Below, one piece after another: positions 45,551 to 57,273 of a stretch of 64,000 nt of DNA. The notes beneath the pieces are model-generated. The model saw only the letters and a list, made by a program, of their open reading frames with translations, was not told where the DNA came from and did not search any database. Positions within the stretch are counted from its first letter, which is position 1; every line of letters starts with the position of its first letter. Source of the stretch: a virus; IMG/VR virus record IMGVR_UViG_3300032931_000905, positions 25,021 to 89,020 of that record; one strand, given 5' to 3'. The position numbers and the translations under genes are program-made.

Positions 45551-47928
45551 GCACTATTTTCAGTTCTATTTAGGGAAGTTCGTGGTTTGCTCTAAAACCC
45601 AACAAAATCATCCGTTTCGTCGTCGTCGCCCTTCTCATGCCACGGATAGTCACCGTCCGTATTGGCTACCCCAAATCCCTGCTTAGTTGAGGGTAGCAGC
45701 ATCAGATCATGCCCCCGTAAAATTTCCAGAACTGATAAATTCATCACCAGGGTGGCATCCATATTCCACAAGAAGGCCTCGGCCTTCTCTTTGGTGGAAA
45801 ACCTGAGGGCCTTATGGGTCTCCATATTGGCCACGACTTTGTTGTTCTGTCCGGTCACGACCAGAATATATTCGTATTCGTTTAACATACCCACCTATTT
45901 ATTCAATGTCCATACCAGAACGGATGACCTTCATGAGTTTCCAAGAATCCTTGAGCACCTCAGCCGTATACAGCTTGCGTTCAACCACGGCATTCTGTTC
46001 CAGGGCTTTGAGGCGCTGGATCTGGATATCCAGACGGTGTTGTAATGAGTCTTTGGCGGCCTGTCCAGATCCAAGCGATTTCATCTTAGGCTCCAAAGAT
46101 CGGACCCAGGGCACTGGTCAGGAGATACATAGCCAGGCGATACCCGAACCACACAGGCCAGAAGCATCCATAGAGGAGTCCCCACCAAAATCCATAGACA
46201 CCCCAGACCGCCCAGAACACCCCCAGACCAACACCTGAGATACCCAGGGCTGGATACGGGACATAATGGTTTTTCGTCTTGATCGTCTTGATCGTGTCCA
46301 TGTTACTCGCTCCCCAGGATTGCGGCTGCACCTAACAAGGTCGCTGTCGGGGCACTCATCGGTACGCCGGTGTCAATGGTCAACTCAGTCGGTGCCACCG
46401 GATGATGTTCCAGATAGGTCCCATGATGCGGCCGCGCGGGATTCGGTGTCTGGTATTGGACCTCTCTCCAGGCCTGCCGGCGGGCTTTTTCCTGAGGTGC
46501 AAGGTTCCGAGATTCTGCGCGAAGCACACGGGCCTCCGCACAACGAACAAGCCGAGTCATTGATGGTGTCATGATCCGAGATACCTCCATGGTGTAGAAT
46601 ATACAGAATACCTAAAATGCTTATGAAACGCTGACTTGGAAATCTGCGACACACTCTCGACCTTCAAGGGCTCGTCGATGTACCGATTACCAGAGGCCAC
46701 ATGGATCAAGAGGACCTGGCCGGCCTTGATCTGGGCCAGGAGGTAGACCTGTTCCGCCTCAGGTTCAGGTTCAAGACAGCCCTTCGTGGTGATACCAAAT
46801 TGCATCCCTGTGGCAAAATACTTCGGTTCTTTGATCGTCACTCTCTTCTTCATGCTAATCTCCATTCATCCGCCAAGTGCACCAATTCCTGGGCCGTCGG
46901 CTCATTAGGTTCTGTGTCTTCTTCGTCGTCCAACTCAGGCCAAGACTGGGCTATGAGGCGCCTGTTGGTCTCGTCGATCTGTCTCCGTTCTAACTTGGTC
47001 ATGCGGTCACCTTTCTCAGCAATTCCGCAGCCCCCAAGGGATCATATAGGGTCGATCCTCTGTGGACCCTGGTGCCATAATTCATGGTCTTCAAGACAAT
47101 ATAGACTTGATCCATCACCCCTGCCTCATTGTAGAACAAGGTCACGACATGGCCCAAGGCTCGGGCTCGGTCTCGTAGGGTCTTGATTTCTGCCAGGTGG
47201 GTCATGATTACTTCAACTTTCCTGTCTTGGAATCCGCAGCCAACGCATAATACCCAGCCGTCTGAATTTGATCGAACATGGCACTGATATTAGCCTGAAG
47301 GCAGTGCCGCCACTTCGCTAAAAACTCTTTGTTCTCTGCACCAGGTGTTAGGGACTCCATGGTAAGGAACAATGAACTCAGGTTATTATGGACCGACACC
47401 TCTGCACCACCTATCTCCTGTAACAATGCTCGCTTGGTCTTCAACATCTTCTGTGGTTTCATGATTACCGCACCACCTTGCGGCCCATGCGAGCCGGGAT
47501 CTTCGTGGTCTGTTTCTTCTGGGCGCCGTACGCTTTCGCATCTTTGCACATCGTCACTTTTCCGCCTCGATTCAAAAATTCTTGTACTGTCTCGTTCATC
47601 GCATCCCCCTTGTTAAAAGTCACATTCATCATAGTAAGAGTATAACATACGGGTATCTCAGAGTCAAGCATTATTTTCGTATGTAACTCGTTGATTTTAC
47701 TTGGTACCTGAAGAAATTGTTCATGATTTCTTCCTCACTTCGACAAAGGCCTCTGCTCTCAGGCAGGCCCCGTTGGATAATTGATACAGGCGCAGATCCT
47801 TGTTCGATGGATCGACCTCGATGGCCTGGGGTGACGTACCGACGATCCCCATGACCACGGCGATGGTGAAACTCCCTGGGCCCCAGGTATACTTGACCCA
47901 GTCTCCGACTTCTATGGTTTTCATCATC

Positions 47929-48777
47929 TTACCTCATACAGGTGACAACGGCCAGCTTCTGCCATCCGTTGGGGTTCATCTTGAGGAGACCCGCAAGCTT
48001 GAGGACCATACGGAGAGACAATTCACGCAATTTCTCCTGGTGCTTCACAATAAACGCCAGGATCTCAGATTCCTGGGTTGCGGTATATCCGGTATCCTTC
48101 AGCATCCCTTGTGCCAGGACCTGCTTGATCCTCACAATATAATCGAGCTTGGTGTGCATTGCCAGATCCAGATAGTGGCTTCTGGAAATCATCGCTTCAA
48201 AATGGGGCGCCAACTTGGTGCCCTGCTGAATCATGGCATCGAAGTCATAATTCGTAATGAAAATGATCGAACCTTCAAACTCAAAGGACCTGGGGAGGCG
48301 TTCGCCTTCCTCGTCTTCCATCTTGGACTCGGTGAGCCATGACAGGGTCCGCGTCTTGGTCATGTCGCAGGCGGTCTTGAGGATATTCAGCGACACATCA
48401 TCGCCAAACACCGAATCCGCATCGTCAAACACGATCACGCAGTTTTTGTGGCGGAAATCAAACAAGGTCTTATACAGACCGGTCGGGCGCACAAAGCCGC
48501 GGACCATCTTGGTCTGATAGCCCTTTTTCTCTAGCCCCTCGGTCACTTGCATGACGCCGTGGGACTTACCAAGACCCGCAGGTCCTGAGATAATCAGACT
48601 CCGATTCTTTCCGGTTGCGGTCGCTTGGGCCATCAGATTCATGGCTGCAAAACGGTCGGTCAACTTTATCAGGACTTCAGCTTCGGTTTCCACTGGGCGC
48701 ACGATCTGCGGCACGTTCAGCCCCTTGCGGAAGGCGATCATCTGAGCTTTTGTCCGTCTATGTCGTTTGGTCTTCAC
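47929..48777 (-). CDS. P-loop ATPase (AAA-like)
   Basis: GPAGLGKS Walker A, IVFDDAD Walker B, F.F.G.IIFITN, A..SR. Confidence 0.85.
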   Translation of the reverse strand: MKTKRHRRTKAQMIAFRKGLNVPQIVRPVETEAEVLIKLTDRFAAMNLMAQATATGKNRSLIISGPAGLGKSHGVMQVTEGLEKKGYQTKMVRGFVRPTGLYKTLFDFRHKNCVIVFDDADSVFGDDVSLNILKTACDMTKTRTLSWLTESKMEDEEGERLPRSFEFEGSIIFITNYDFDAMIQQGTKLAPHFEAMISRSHYLDLAMHTKLDYIVRIKQVLAQGMLKDTGYTATQESEILAFIVKHQEKLRELSLRMVLKLAGLLKMNPNGWQKLAVVTCMR

Positions 48778-50435
48778 TTCGTTCTTCTCCGTGTTAATCT
48801 GTTATTCGTCAATCTCTATAGTGTTATAGTAACATAGTGATACCATAAATGCAAGAGAAATCGTCTAGTTCTTTGGTAGGGGGTCTGTTCATGGATTGAA
48901 CAGCGTGATTCCCCATAGTAGGAGTCGAATCGCCGAATATCGTTGATCCTGGGCCTTCCTGAGCGGTTGTAGAGCATAGTCTGAGGTGAACGGCATAACA
49001 CTGTGCAAAATTGTGCAGTTAGATACAGTACGCAAAGAGGATAAGCACGGCGACAATCACGGCAATAGTCCAGGCGGTTTGCTGCATTTCTTTCATATTT
49101 GCGTCTGATCGGTTCATGGGATCTTTCTGTTAGAGGCAAGGGTCGTGCCTCGGGTTGGAGCGAGCGAGTCTATTATTTTGGTCGCACACCCTGGAACCAG
49201 TCGCAATTCCGCCCGAGGCTACCCTGACTCAAAACCATACTAATCGTTGGCATCTGGATTCTTGTTTTTCTCGTCTTCGATCTCGTGGTCCTCGGCGATT
49301 ACCGTTGAAGTAAGGCATGATCTTATCCTTTGAAATACAGGTAGTAGCCTAGCACTAAGAGGCCAATGGCCAACACTTTCAACATCTTCTGATACATGAG
49401 GCGATTCAAGGCCTTGAGTTCCTCGCGGCTCATCATTTCCTCATGTTCATCATTGGCGCCAAACATTATGCGTACCTCTTGCGGGTATCCTCATACACGG
49501 CAAACGTGGTCGCAAATCGCTTCAGGCAGCCTGATCGCTTGGAATACTTCGAACGAGTATCGCCAATCGCGGTGTTACGGGGGCCACGATACATGACCCG
49601 GATTTTCTTTGTGGTATAGCCCTTCATGAACCGCATGGTCATGTCAAATTCACTCATCGGGATATTTTTCAGAATGCTTCGTTCTTTCATCGTCTTCTCC
49701 ATTATGTTTCGTTCAATCATCATGGTATAAGTGTAACATAGTGGCAGAGAGAATGCAAGAGAAATCTGCCAGATTAGACAATTATAATGTATCACAAGTC
49801 ATTGATTTTGCTGTTCTTTTCAGAAAGCTATGGGTAGACTCGCTCGCAGGAATAAGCCGGGCATCCCAAAATGCTGTTTTTCGAACTTCTTTGGTCTTTG
49901 GGTCCATCCAGGCAACCCAGACATAGTGCCGACCGTATTTCATGCCAGCATCTTCCACGACCAAGCCAGAAACTCGTTTCATGCCATACTTATCCGCATG
50001 TCGGACGATAGCACCAAGGGAGATGTTTTTTTGTGAAATCTTCATGCTGTATTCTCCCATATTGGGCAGAATAAGTCAAGTAGTTCTTTGGTAGGGGGTA
50101 TTTCGTGTTGTCAGTGGGCGGCCGCTCGCTAATTCCCTCGATAATTGATGGGCCAGGGATTTTAAGATCACCTCATACATGTATTCCTCGCTCTGGTTGA
50201 GCCGGTACAACTCAGTGTCATCTAGCATGGATTTCTCTTGAGTGGCGGTTTAAGGAATGGGAGGCCGTTATCCGTGAGTCCTGCACGATAAATGACTCTT
50301 CATCTGGGAGCGCAGCCATCCAGTTCTGGGGGAGGCCGCGCCGGGCATCATTATGGTCCCTCAACGGGTCCCTCAATGGGTACCCGCGCCGGGCATCAGT
50401 ATGGTTTCTCACATGTTGGGTGAATGCCGACCAGT

Positions 50436-50732
50436 TCATGGTTGTATCACGGGCTCGATCACCGAAGGAGTGGCCGGGGTCCTCTCGGTCCGTAATTCCT
50501 TGACCAAGGAGACCGTATCACAACCTGCTCGCACATACTGACTATCCATTAAACAGCGAACCGCCGCAAGATCGGCCTTCTGATCGATGGCATGACGAAT
50601 CAAGGAGGCATTGAGTTTGTTGCTGGTCACATTGTTGACGGTGATGCCCAGAATAAACACCATCGCCAGGATGCCCAGCACCACGATCAAATAGCGAAGG
50701 TCTTTTGAGTTATCATGTGGATTAAAGGACAT
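50436..50732 (-). CDS. membrane-anchored hypothetical protein
   Basis: N-terminal TM helix. Confidence 0.5.
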   Translation of the reverse strand: MSFNPHDNSKDLRYLIVVLGILAMVFILGITVNNVTSNKLNASLIRHAIDQKADLAAVRCLMDSQYVRAGCDTVSLVKELRTERTPATPSVIEPVIQP

Positions 50733-51371
50733 GAGAATTCTCTACTTTCTTGGCGGTCACGATCACCGTGGAGCGCGAGGTTTGTTGTTTCTTGGTGTAT
50801 TCCTCCATGATCTCGGCCTTCTGGGGAATGGGTAACGTGGAATACTTGGTATAGGTCATACCCTTCATGGAGGTGAGCCATGTTCTCAGGGCGCCTCTGG
50901 TGCCTATGGTCTTGTTCCCCTTGTAATCCTTCTTCTGTTCTGCATCGCTGCTATAATTCGACATGATGATCCTTTGGTTAATGTAAGGGAATTATATCTT
51001 CTTGATCGTATTGGCATTCGCCGTAATCACAATATTCGGGGATTCCTCAAGCCGAATCCGGGCGGATTCTTGTTTGAAATCCAAGGACTCAAGCTTCCCT
51101 GTGACGCCCACATGATACCCAGAAATGAATTTTACTCGATCTCCTGGTTTCATTCATCACCATCCTTATCACGACTGTTGAAAAAATCAGTCAATGCGTC
51201 TTGCGCCGTTCCCAAGGCCTTTTGTGTTTGGACCGTTCGATTGTCGCGGCAATAGGAACATTGATTATGGTTCCGGCAATGGGGATCGAATGCCTTGGAC
51301 TTCCGATACGGCTTCCGTTGTTCCTTGCCTGAGGCAATCGCTTTATCCAGTGACATAGGCGTTATTATACA

Positions 51372-51803
51372 CTATTGGGTGCTGGTTGTCAAGTGAATTT
51401 TTTTGAGATGGGCTTTTCGAATACGGCATGATACCCATTCATTAAAATACCGATCTGAGAGGAGCGCATGTCTGGTAAATATCTCGAATGCCTCGAAATA
51501 GGAACATTCGGCCCTTGAATGGCAGAGATGGAGAATGGTTCTGGTATACCGATCGGTACCGTTCTGTGCAATTTCCGCCTTCAGGACTTCGTTTGATCCC
51601 CAGTATCCGACCCAATCGGAGGTCTTGCGGATCTTCTTCTTTTTCCCTTTGATCTGCTTGGTGCCGGCTTTGGTAAAGAATTTTTTCCCACAATATTTCA
51701 TGCCCGTGGTCGTATCCTCGATCAGATACACGAAGCCCCACAGCTTCGTGAGATCGGTGGTGGTATCGGGAAACAGGCCTCCTTGATAGGTCCAGTCACT
51801 CAT
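51372..51803 (-). CDS. GIY-YIG nuclease (Seg-like)
   Basis: GFVYLI.D..TG.KY.GKK, SDW..YWGS, R.IL.LC, Y.E. Confidence 0.82.
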   Translation of the reverse strand: MSDWTYQGGLFPDTTTDLTKLWGFVYLIEDTTTGMKYCGKKFFTKAGTKQIKGKKKKIRKTSDWVGYWGSNEVLKAEIAQNGTDRYTRTILHLCHSRAECSYFEAFEIFTRHALLSDRYFNEWVSCRIRKAHLKKIHLTTSTQ

Positions 51804-52239
51804 CGGTTATCCTTCATCATCGTCATCGTGTTGCCAGGCCCAATCAGGCCTAGGGGTTTCGTCTTTGAGATTCAATTTTTCACCACAAAACGGACAATAA
51901 ATCAACTCACCTTCGGTACTCACCTCATCGAAGATCACTACAAATGTTGCTTCACATTCTGAGCAATGAATCTGCGGAGAAGACATTATAGAATTTTTCC
52001 GGCATTGGATGCCAACAGGACAATGATATCGAGGCTCTGTTGCAGAATCAATTTGGTTTCAAGCGCATTGGTATAATTGATCACGCGCACCAGCCGCTCA
52101 AGATCCTGGATGAGTTCTTGATATTCTGAGGGGGTGAGTTCTCCGTTCTTCAGGGCATCATGGACCTGTGCCAGGCGCAGCGCACAATCTGCAATGTCTT
52201 TATTGGGATGAAAAAATAAGGTCTTTAGTTGTTCAATCA

Positions 52240-52620
52240 TTAGGGCCTCGGTTTCCTTCCCACCACATCAAGGAGGGTGTGGGTCATCAGTTCAATGTTC
52301 GAATATTTCATACGACAATATGTAGGACTGACATTGGGATCAGCTTTCACTCGGACCATCAGGGCCTCGACGGATTCGTTGATCTCCCGCAAGGACTGGA
52401 AGGTGTTCTCGTTATCGGGAAGATGTCGGGCATAGTTTCGTGTAAATCGGCTTTGTGTATACAGCCGTTCAACATGGGCGACTTCGCAATTGGGAATTTC
52501 TGCCAGGGTCACCAGGCCCACGATTTCCGTGTATTCTGTGGCATCAAACTTAGGTGGAAGGAGGCCACAACCCACAAACAACAGCGTACACACAAATAAG
52601 AGAATCGGAACAATTTTCAT
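52240..52620 (-). CDS. putative lipoprotein
   Basis: Lipobox-like LLFVGC after a hydrophobic signal. Confidence 0.65.
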   Translation of the reverse strand: MKIVPILLFVCTLLFVGCGLLPPKFDATEYTEIVGLVTLAEIPNCEVAHVERLYTQSRFTRNYARHLPDNENTFQSLREINESVEALMVRVKADPNVSPTYCRMKYSNIELMTHTLLDVVGRKPRP

Positions 52621-52629
52621 AGGGCTCCT

Positions 52630-53049
52630 TTAGGGTGTCGTGATGATCGTCGTTTCCTTACCGCGCGTGGCCGCAGACTTGGCAAACCATCGCACGGCAT
52701 AATAGGTATACTTCGCACGAATAGGCCACATACCATCTTCAATACACAGGTCTTTGAGGAGACGGTCTGCCAGAGGACGATAGATATTCTTCTCGACCAG
52801 ACCCAATCGGCATAACTGATAGAGCGCATCATGCACCAACGATCCACGCATAAAACTTGGTGTGTCCCAGGTCGGACCTGATGGACCGTCCCAGGCATAG
52901 CCTTTCCTGACGACCAGAATACGATCAGGACAGAACCGCAGATAATCGGTCATAATTTCCTTGGGGACTCGCGGAAAGTAATCAGGCACCGTACACTCAT
53001 ACTCATAACACACCTGATACTTATATCCGCCTTTATAGATCAGTTGCAT
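52630..53049 (-). CDS. DUF1353-like protein
   Basis: GYAWDGPS...SLVHDALY...AD...Y.AVR.F. Confidence 0.75.
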   Translation of the reverse strand: MQLIYKGGYKYQVCYEYECTVPDYFPRVPKEIMTDYLRFCPDRILVVRKGYAWDGPSGPTWDTPSFMRGSLVHDALYQLCRLGLVEKNIYRPLADRLLKDLCIEDGMWPIRAKYTYYAVRWFAKSAATRGKETTIITTP

Positions 53050-53362
53050 CGTCCCCTCCACGCAATCCAGGCACCAAGATCGACAATCCAGCCACCCACT
53101 CTCGCAAGGCCACACCCTAGCTGCCATCTCCAATCAGTCATACCGTCACCGGTGCGTCATTCCGCTTGGCCCGCCAGGTGTCACAGTTTGCGTTGACATA
53201 GGGTCGAAACGCATTCTTATCAATGATCCAATCAGGGCACTCGCAGGACATGCGGGCCTTGGTCACGGTCGGATGATCGCATCGAACTTCGGTGACTTCA
53301 CCCTGGGACATCTCTGACACACTGGACCAAACACAGGTACCGCAGTTTTGCATCGTCGCCTC

Positions 53363-55153
53363 CTAAATTTGACACACTCCGCTCGGGCATTCCATGACCG
53401 CTTCGGTCCCTGTGGTATGCGTGTCCTTGAATCGTTTCTTCGCATCCTTGAGTGGGATCGCTGACAATGGTGGCAATTCCACATCACCCGCGGCATTGAT
53501 ATAGCCTCGCGTCTTTTCACGATAGAAGGTCGTACCCTTGAGATGGGGGAGATATTCCAGCCAGAGTTTTTCCATATCTTCCATCGGATAATCATGGGGT
53601 AGATTGATCGTTTTCGATACCGCATTGTCCACATGCTTTTGAATGATCCGCTGGACCTCCAGATGATCGCGCACCGTGAGGTCATGCGTCCCCACAAAAT
53701 GCTCCACGCCTTTCTGTTCGAGCATAAACTTTTCAAACAACGGATGAAAGACCAATTCTGTCTTACGGGCATCCCCTTCCCAATAGCGGCGTTCATAGGC
53801 CGGCGCAAACATCGGTTCGATACCAGAGGAGCAATTCTCGCTGAGGATGCTGACGGTCCCTGTGGGTGCTTGGGTCAAGATTGCACAATTGCGAATACCA
53901 TGTTCCAAGACCAATGATTTTGTTTTGGAAGGCATCCGTTTCATGAATCCTGATTCCACATGCTTGAGAGGATTGCACAGCGGGAAGGCACCTTTCTCAA
54001 CAGCCAATAAGACACTAGCTTCATAGGCGGCCTTGGAGATAAACCGATAGAGTTTATCCACAAACTTATTACCTTCTTCTGAACCATAGCGATACCCCAA
54101 CAAGGCTAAGGTATCGGCTAATGCTGTGGTACCCAGACCAATGCGGCGAAGGTTTTTCGCATTATCTTGCATTTTTATGAGAGGAAAATGGTTCACTGAG
54201 AGGGCATTGTCCAAAAATCGCACTCCCAAACGAATCGTATCTCCCAATTTTGCATAATTTATTTCACCTTCCTCAACAAATCGTGAAAGGACGATGTGAC
54301 CCAGGCAACAATTCCCGAAGGCTTCTAATGCAATCTCACCACAGGGATTGGTCGTGACCAGTTCTTCAATATAATAGATGTTGGATTCATGCTCAATCAG
54401 TTCCCAATTCAAGAACCCAGGTTCGGCTGAGTTGTAGGCATTTTTTACTATAACATCCCAAAGTGATCGCGCCTTGATCTGTCGCTTATACTGCCCCTTC
54501 CAATGTAGTTCGATTTCCCCATCATCTTTCACGGCTTTGATAAAGGCTTTGGTATGGCGGGATCGCACAGACACATTGGCATGGGTGAGTTCACCTTTGA
54601 CCAATTTAGCAGAGAGAAATTCTTCTATGTCGGGATGGCTAAGATCCAGGGAGAACATGAGTGCTACTCGGCGTTGACCTCCCGCTCGTATGGGCCCCGC
54701 ACAACCGTCCAATAAACGCATCAATTCTACCGCTCCCGGTGCGGCACCCCGCTGGCCAGCAATAGTTGCGCCACGCGGCCTCACATCCGAGAAATCATCA
54801 CCACAACCCCCACCAGTCATGCTGGTCACGATAAGATTATATGCTGACTCACCCCACCCTTCCTTGGAGTCCTTGTTGGGATTCAGCACGAAACAATTGA
54901 GGAGTTGAGGGTTAGGACGACCTGAGTTATACCAGATTCTCCCACCAGGTACAAAAAGATTAGAAGACAGGATATCATAAAATTTATTACGGTAACAGGC
55001 CTGTTTTGCTGGTGTCTCAGCCAAAGCCATCTGTGAGGCGACCCGTATACAAGCCTCTTGCCAGGTCTCTGTGTCGGTGAATGAATACCTATCTCGAAAA
55101 ATCTTCTCCGAGAATCCTGTTGGTGTGAATGTCGGTAAGTTATATTGATCCAT
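53363..55153 (-). CDS. nrdJ: class II (B12-dependent) ribonucleotide reductase
   Basis: PGGRI, NCFV, GGG.G.DFS..RP, TNPCGE, RRIGLG, APTGT.S, SSGIEP, AVSKTIN, C-terminal CPSGVC; no ATP cone and no nrdB nearby. Confidence 0.9.
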   Translation of the reverse strand: MDQYNLPTFTPTGFSEKIFRDRYSFTDTETWQEACIRVASQMALAETPAKQACYRNKFYDILSSNLFVPGGRIWYNSGRPNPQLLNCFVLNPNKDSKEGWGESAYNLIVTSMTGGGCGDDFSDVRPRGATIAGQRGAAPGAVELMRLLDGCAGPIRAGGQRRVALMFSLDLSHPDIEEFLSAKLVKGELTHANVSVRSRHTKAFIKAVKDDGEIELHWKGQYKRQIKARSLWDVIVKNAYNSAEPGFLNWELIEHESNIYYIEELVTTNPCGEIALEAFGNCCLGHIVLSRFVEEGEINYAKLGDTIRLGVRFLDNALSVNHFPLIKMQDNAKNLRRIGLGTTALADTLALLGYRYGSEEGNKFVDKLYRFISKAAYEASVLLAVEKGAFPLCNPLKHVESGFMKRMPSKTKSLVLEHGIRNCAILTQAPTGTVSILSENCSSGIEPMFAPAYERRYWEGDARKTELVFHPLFEKFMLEQKGVEHFVGTHDLTVRDHLEVQRIIQKHVDNAVSKTINLPHDYPMEDMEKLWLEYLPHLKGTTFYREKTRGYINAAGDVELPPLSAIPLKDAKKRFKDTHTTGTEAVMECPSGVCQI

Positions 55154-55197
55154 ACTTCTCCTGTTTAGTTTTACAGTTATCACATGATGCTTGTAGG

Positions 55198-55881
55198 TCA
55201 TTTCTTTGAAAGATTCAATTCTTCCCAGGCCGTCACGGCAACAGGGCACACCGGACGAATCAATTCAAGCATTGCCAGAGCATAAACACGTATTTCGTAC
55301 TGGGCATGAGAATGCGTCCTGAGCCCAAGAAAATGAAACAGATTATGAAGGTTGACCGTACCGAACATTTGCGAATAGGTAGCCACAGGCAACACCGCGC
55401 GAGCCAGTTCGCGTGGGCAACCTTCAGCCAACAGATCATGATACATCTTGAATGAGACTTGGTTGGTGACCCTCATCCATTCACGCATCTCTTCTGCCTT
55501 GGGATGCAGTTCATCCGTTCGCATTTGTTTATTGGAGGCAGACTGTGTGGTGATCTGCGCGGCGTCTGGTACATAAAATTCTTCGGGGAGTTCAGTGTAT
55601 CGCGCAGACATTTCATTATAGGCCCAGGTCCGATGACGATGCCATTGACGGAACACAAAGATCGGGGCTTTCACATCAAAAGTAAAGGTCACGGATTCCA
55701 GTGGTGTGGTATGACGATTCTTGATGAGGTATTGAATCAGTTTCGCATCCTTCCCTGCATCCTCACCGGTGCGCCACACGGCATCATAACTCACCCGGGC
55801 CGAACGGACAATCGACAAATCCGAACCCATGTGATCCACCAAACGCACATGCCCATGATCTAAGACCTTCACTTCACTCAT
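55198..55881 (-). CDS. thyX: FAD-dependent thymidylate synthase
   Basis: ARVSY, H.TP.E, QW.RHR...NE.SARY, E.AR..LP, HAQ.EIR. Confidence 0.95.
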   Translation of the reverse strand: MSEVKVLDHGHVRLVDHMGSDLSIVRSARVSYDAVWRTGEDAGKDAKLIQYLIKNRHTTPLESVTFTFDVKAPIFVFRQWHRHRTWAYNEMSARYTELPEEFYVPDAAQITTQSASNKQMRTDELHPKAEEMREWMRVTNQVSFKMYHDLLAEGCPRELARAVLPVATYSQMFGTVNLHNLFHFLGLRTHSHAQYEIRVYALAMLELIRPVCPVAVTAWEELNLSKK

Positions 55882-56921
55882 GCCAAGACTCCCTTGTTCA
55901 TCATACATTTTTTCCAAAACACTAATTTCGTCAATCCGACGATGCCTGAGGTCACTGTACTATCTATAACAGATTTAATTTCCGATTGTGTCGCGCCGTG
56001 CTGGATCATCTCATTGATATCTTTGCCCTTTATGGTACTCGGCCAGATCACGACCTGATGACCCGCTTTCAAGGCACGCCCCATTTGTCCGACGATATCC
56101 ACATTCCGCGGTTCATTGTCATAAATCAACACAATTTGGCTCGCACTCAAGCGTTGAGCTGCACCGATCAAATTGGCGTCTCCTGACGCAACTGCGTTCG
56201 TTATAAAGAGGGAATCGAGCGGTCCCTCGGTCAGATAGACACACTGAGATTGATTGATCTGTTCGATGCCAAAGACCAGCTTTGTGGTATCCTGAAGGGA
56301 CTTATCGCGCACGGTGATATACCGTAGGGTGGAACTGGATGCCGACAGGGACCGTCCTGAGACCGCTTGCAGCGCGCCTTGGATATCCCGATAGGGGATA
56401 ATCAGACGGGCATCGTCCTGGACCGCTTTACCATGATCAGGAAAGACTTCATCCAGGAATTGTTTATAATGCTCGGTATAGTAGAGGCGAGACCAGGTGG
56501 TGTTGGGTAGGCATCGACGCTGAAGATACTTCACACAGTCATGAGTCTCAGGCAAGCGATCACACCGTGTGGCCGTCACAAACCGTTCCGCGGTATTACC
56601 AACTTTCGGTACGACCAGGGCCCGTGTGATCGGGGCATCGGAATACCCAGGACGAAACTTTTCCAGGCAGTATTCGCGGTAGAGGGTGGGATCGAACTGC
56701 TTCAGCACCTTCGCTATTGTTGTAGAGATTGTGCAATTATGACAATAATAAATCCACCGCTGACCTTTTGTATAAATATATCCACGACATTTGGTTTTAT
56801 TTTTCTGAGAGTCACCGCAATAGATGCACCGAAAAATAGCAGCATTATCCCCCTTCCAATGAAACTGTGGTAGGTGGTGGGAAAACATATTGATATATTT
56901 CTTTTCAATCCAATCCGACAT
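55878..56921 (-). CDS. gp61: DNA primase gp61
   Basis: FRC.YCGDS..K.K.RGY, CHNC, RLIIP, TEGPLDSLF, DNEPRN, KDINEM. Confidence 0.94.
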   Translation of the reverse strand: MSDWIEKKYINMFSHHLPQFHWKGDNAAIFRCIYCGDSQKNKTKCRGYIYTKGQRWIYYCHNCTISTTIAKVLKQFDPTLYREYCLEKFRPGYSDAPITRALVVPKVGNTAERFVTATRCDRLPETHDCVKYLQRRCLPNTTWSRLYYTEHYKQFLDEVFPDHGKAVQDDARLIIPYRDIQGALQAVSGRSLSASSSTLRYITVRDKSLQDTTKLVFGIEQINQSQCVYLTEGPLDSLFITNAVASGDANLIGAAQRLSASQIVLIYDNEPRNVDIVGQMGRALKAGHQVVIWPSTIKGKDINEMIQHGATQSEIKSVIDSTVTSGIVGLTKLVFWKKCMMNKGVLA

Positions 56922-57003
56922 AGGGGTACTCCATGACAGATCATCATTATAACTCAATTTCACGTAAAAGTCAAGACATTTCTCCAGGAAATGTATTTGG
57001 TAA

Positions 57004-57273
57004 ATGGACGGTGCTATACTCGCCTATGGATATACCAGGGGGGGTCCGTATAAGGTCATATTTGAACATCGCGCCATGATGGCGAAACAATTAGGTAGGG
57101 CCTTGAGAAAAAATGAGAATGTCCATCATAAGAATGGCATTCGGAATGATAATAGGCAGGAGAATTTGGAGTTATGGACCACCGCTCAGCCACCTGGGCA
57201 ACGTGTAACAGATAAATTGAAATGGTGTCGAGAATTTTTACAACACTATGAGGGCGTGTCAAGCTTATTTTAA
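57004..57273 (+). CDS. small HNH endonuclease (opposite strand)
   Basis: EHR.MM...LGR.L...[18 protein letters not shown]. Confidence 0.8.
   Translation: MDGAILAYGYTRGGPYKVIFEHRAMMAKQLGRALRKNENVHHKNGIRNDNRQENLELWTTAQPPGQRVTDKLKWCREFLQHYEGVSSLF

Noticed and set aside
50326-50410. Short direct repeats (cgcgccgggcatca x2, ggtccctcaa x2)
   Set aside because: Only two copies each, in frame within a small ORF; not a CRISPR or iteron array
53363-55249. Intein or intron in nrdJ, and the longer N-terminus in the ORF track
   Set aside because: Motifs are contiguous at normal spacing; the AGGAG SD supports a start at 55153
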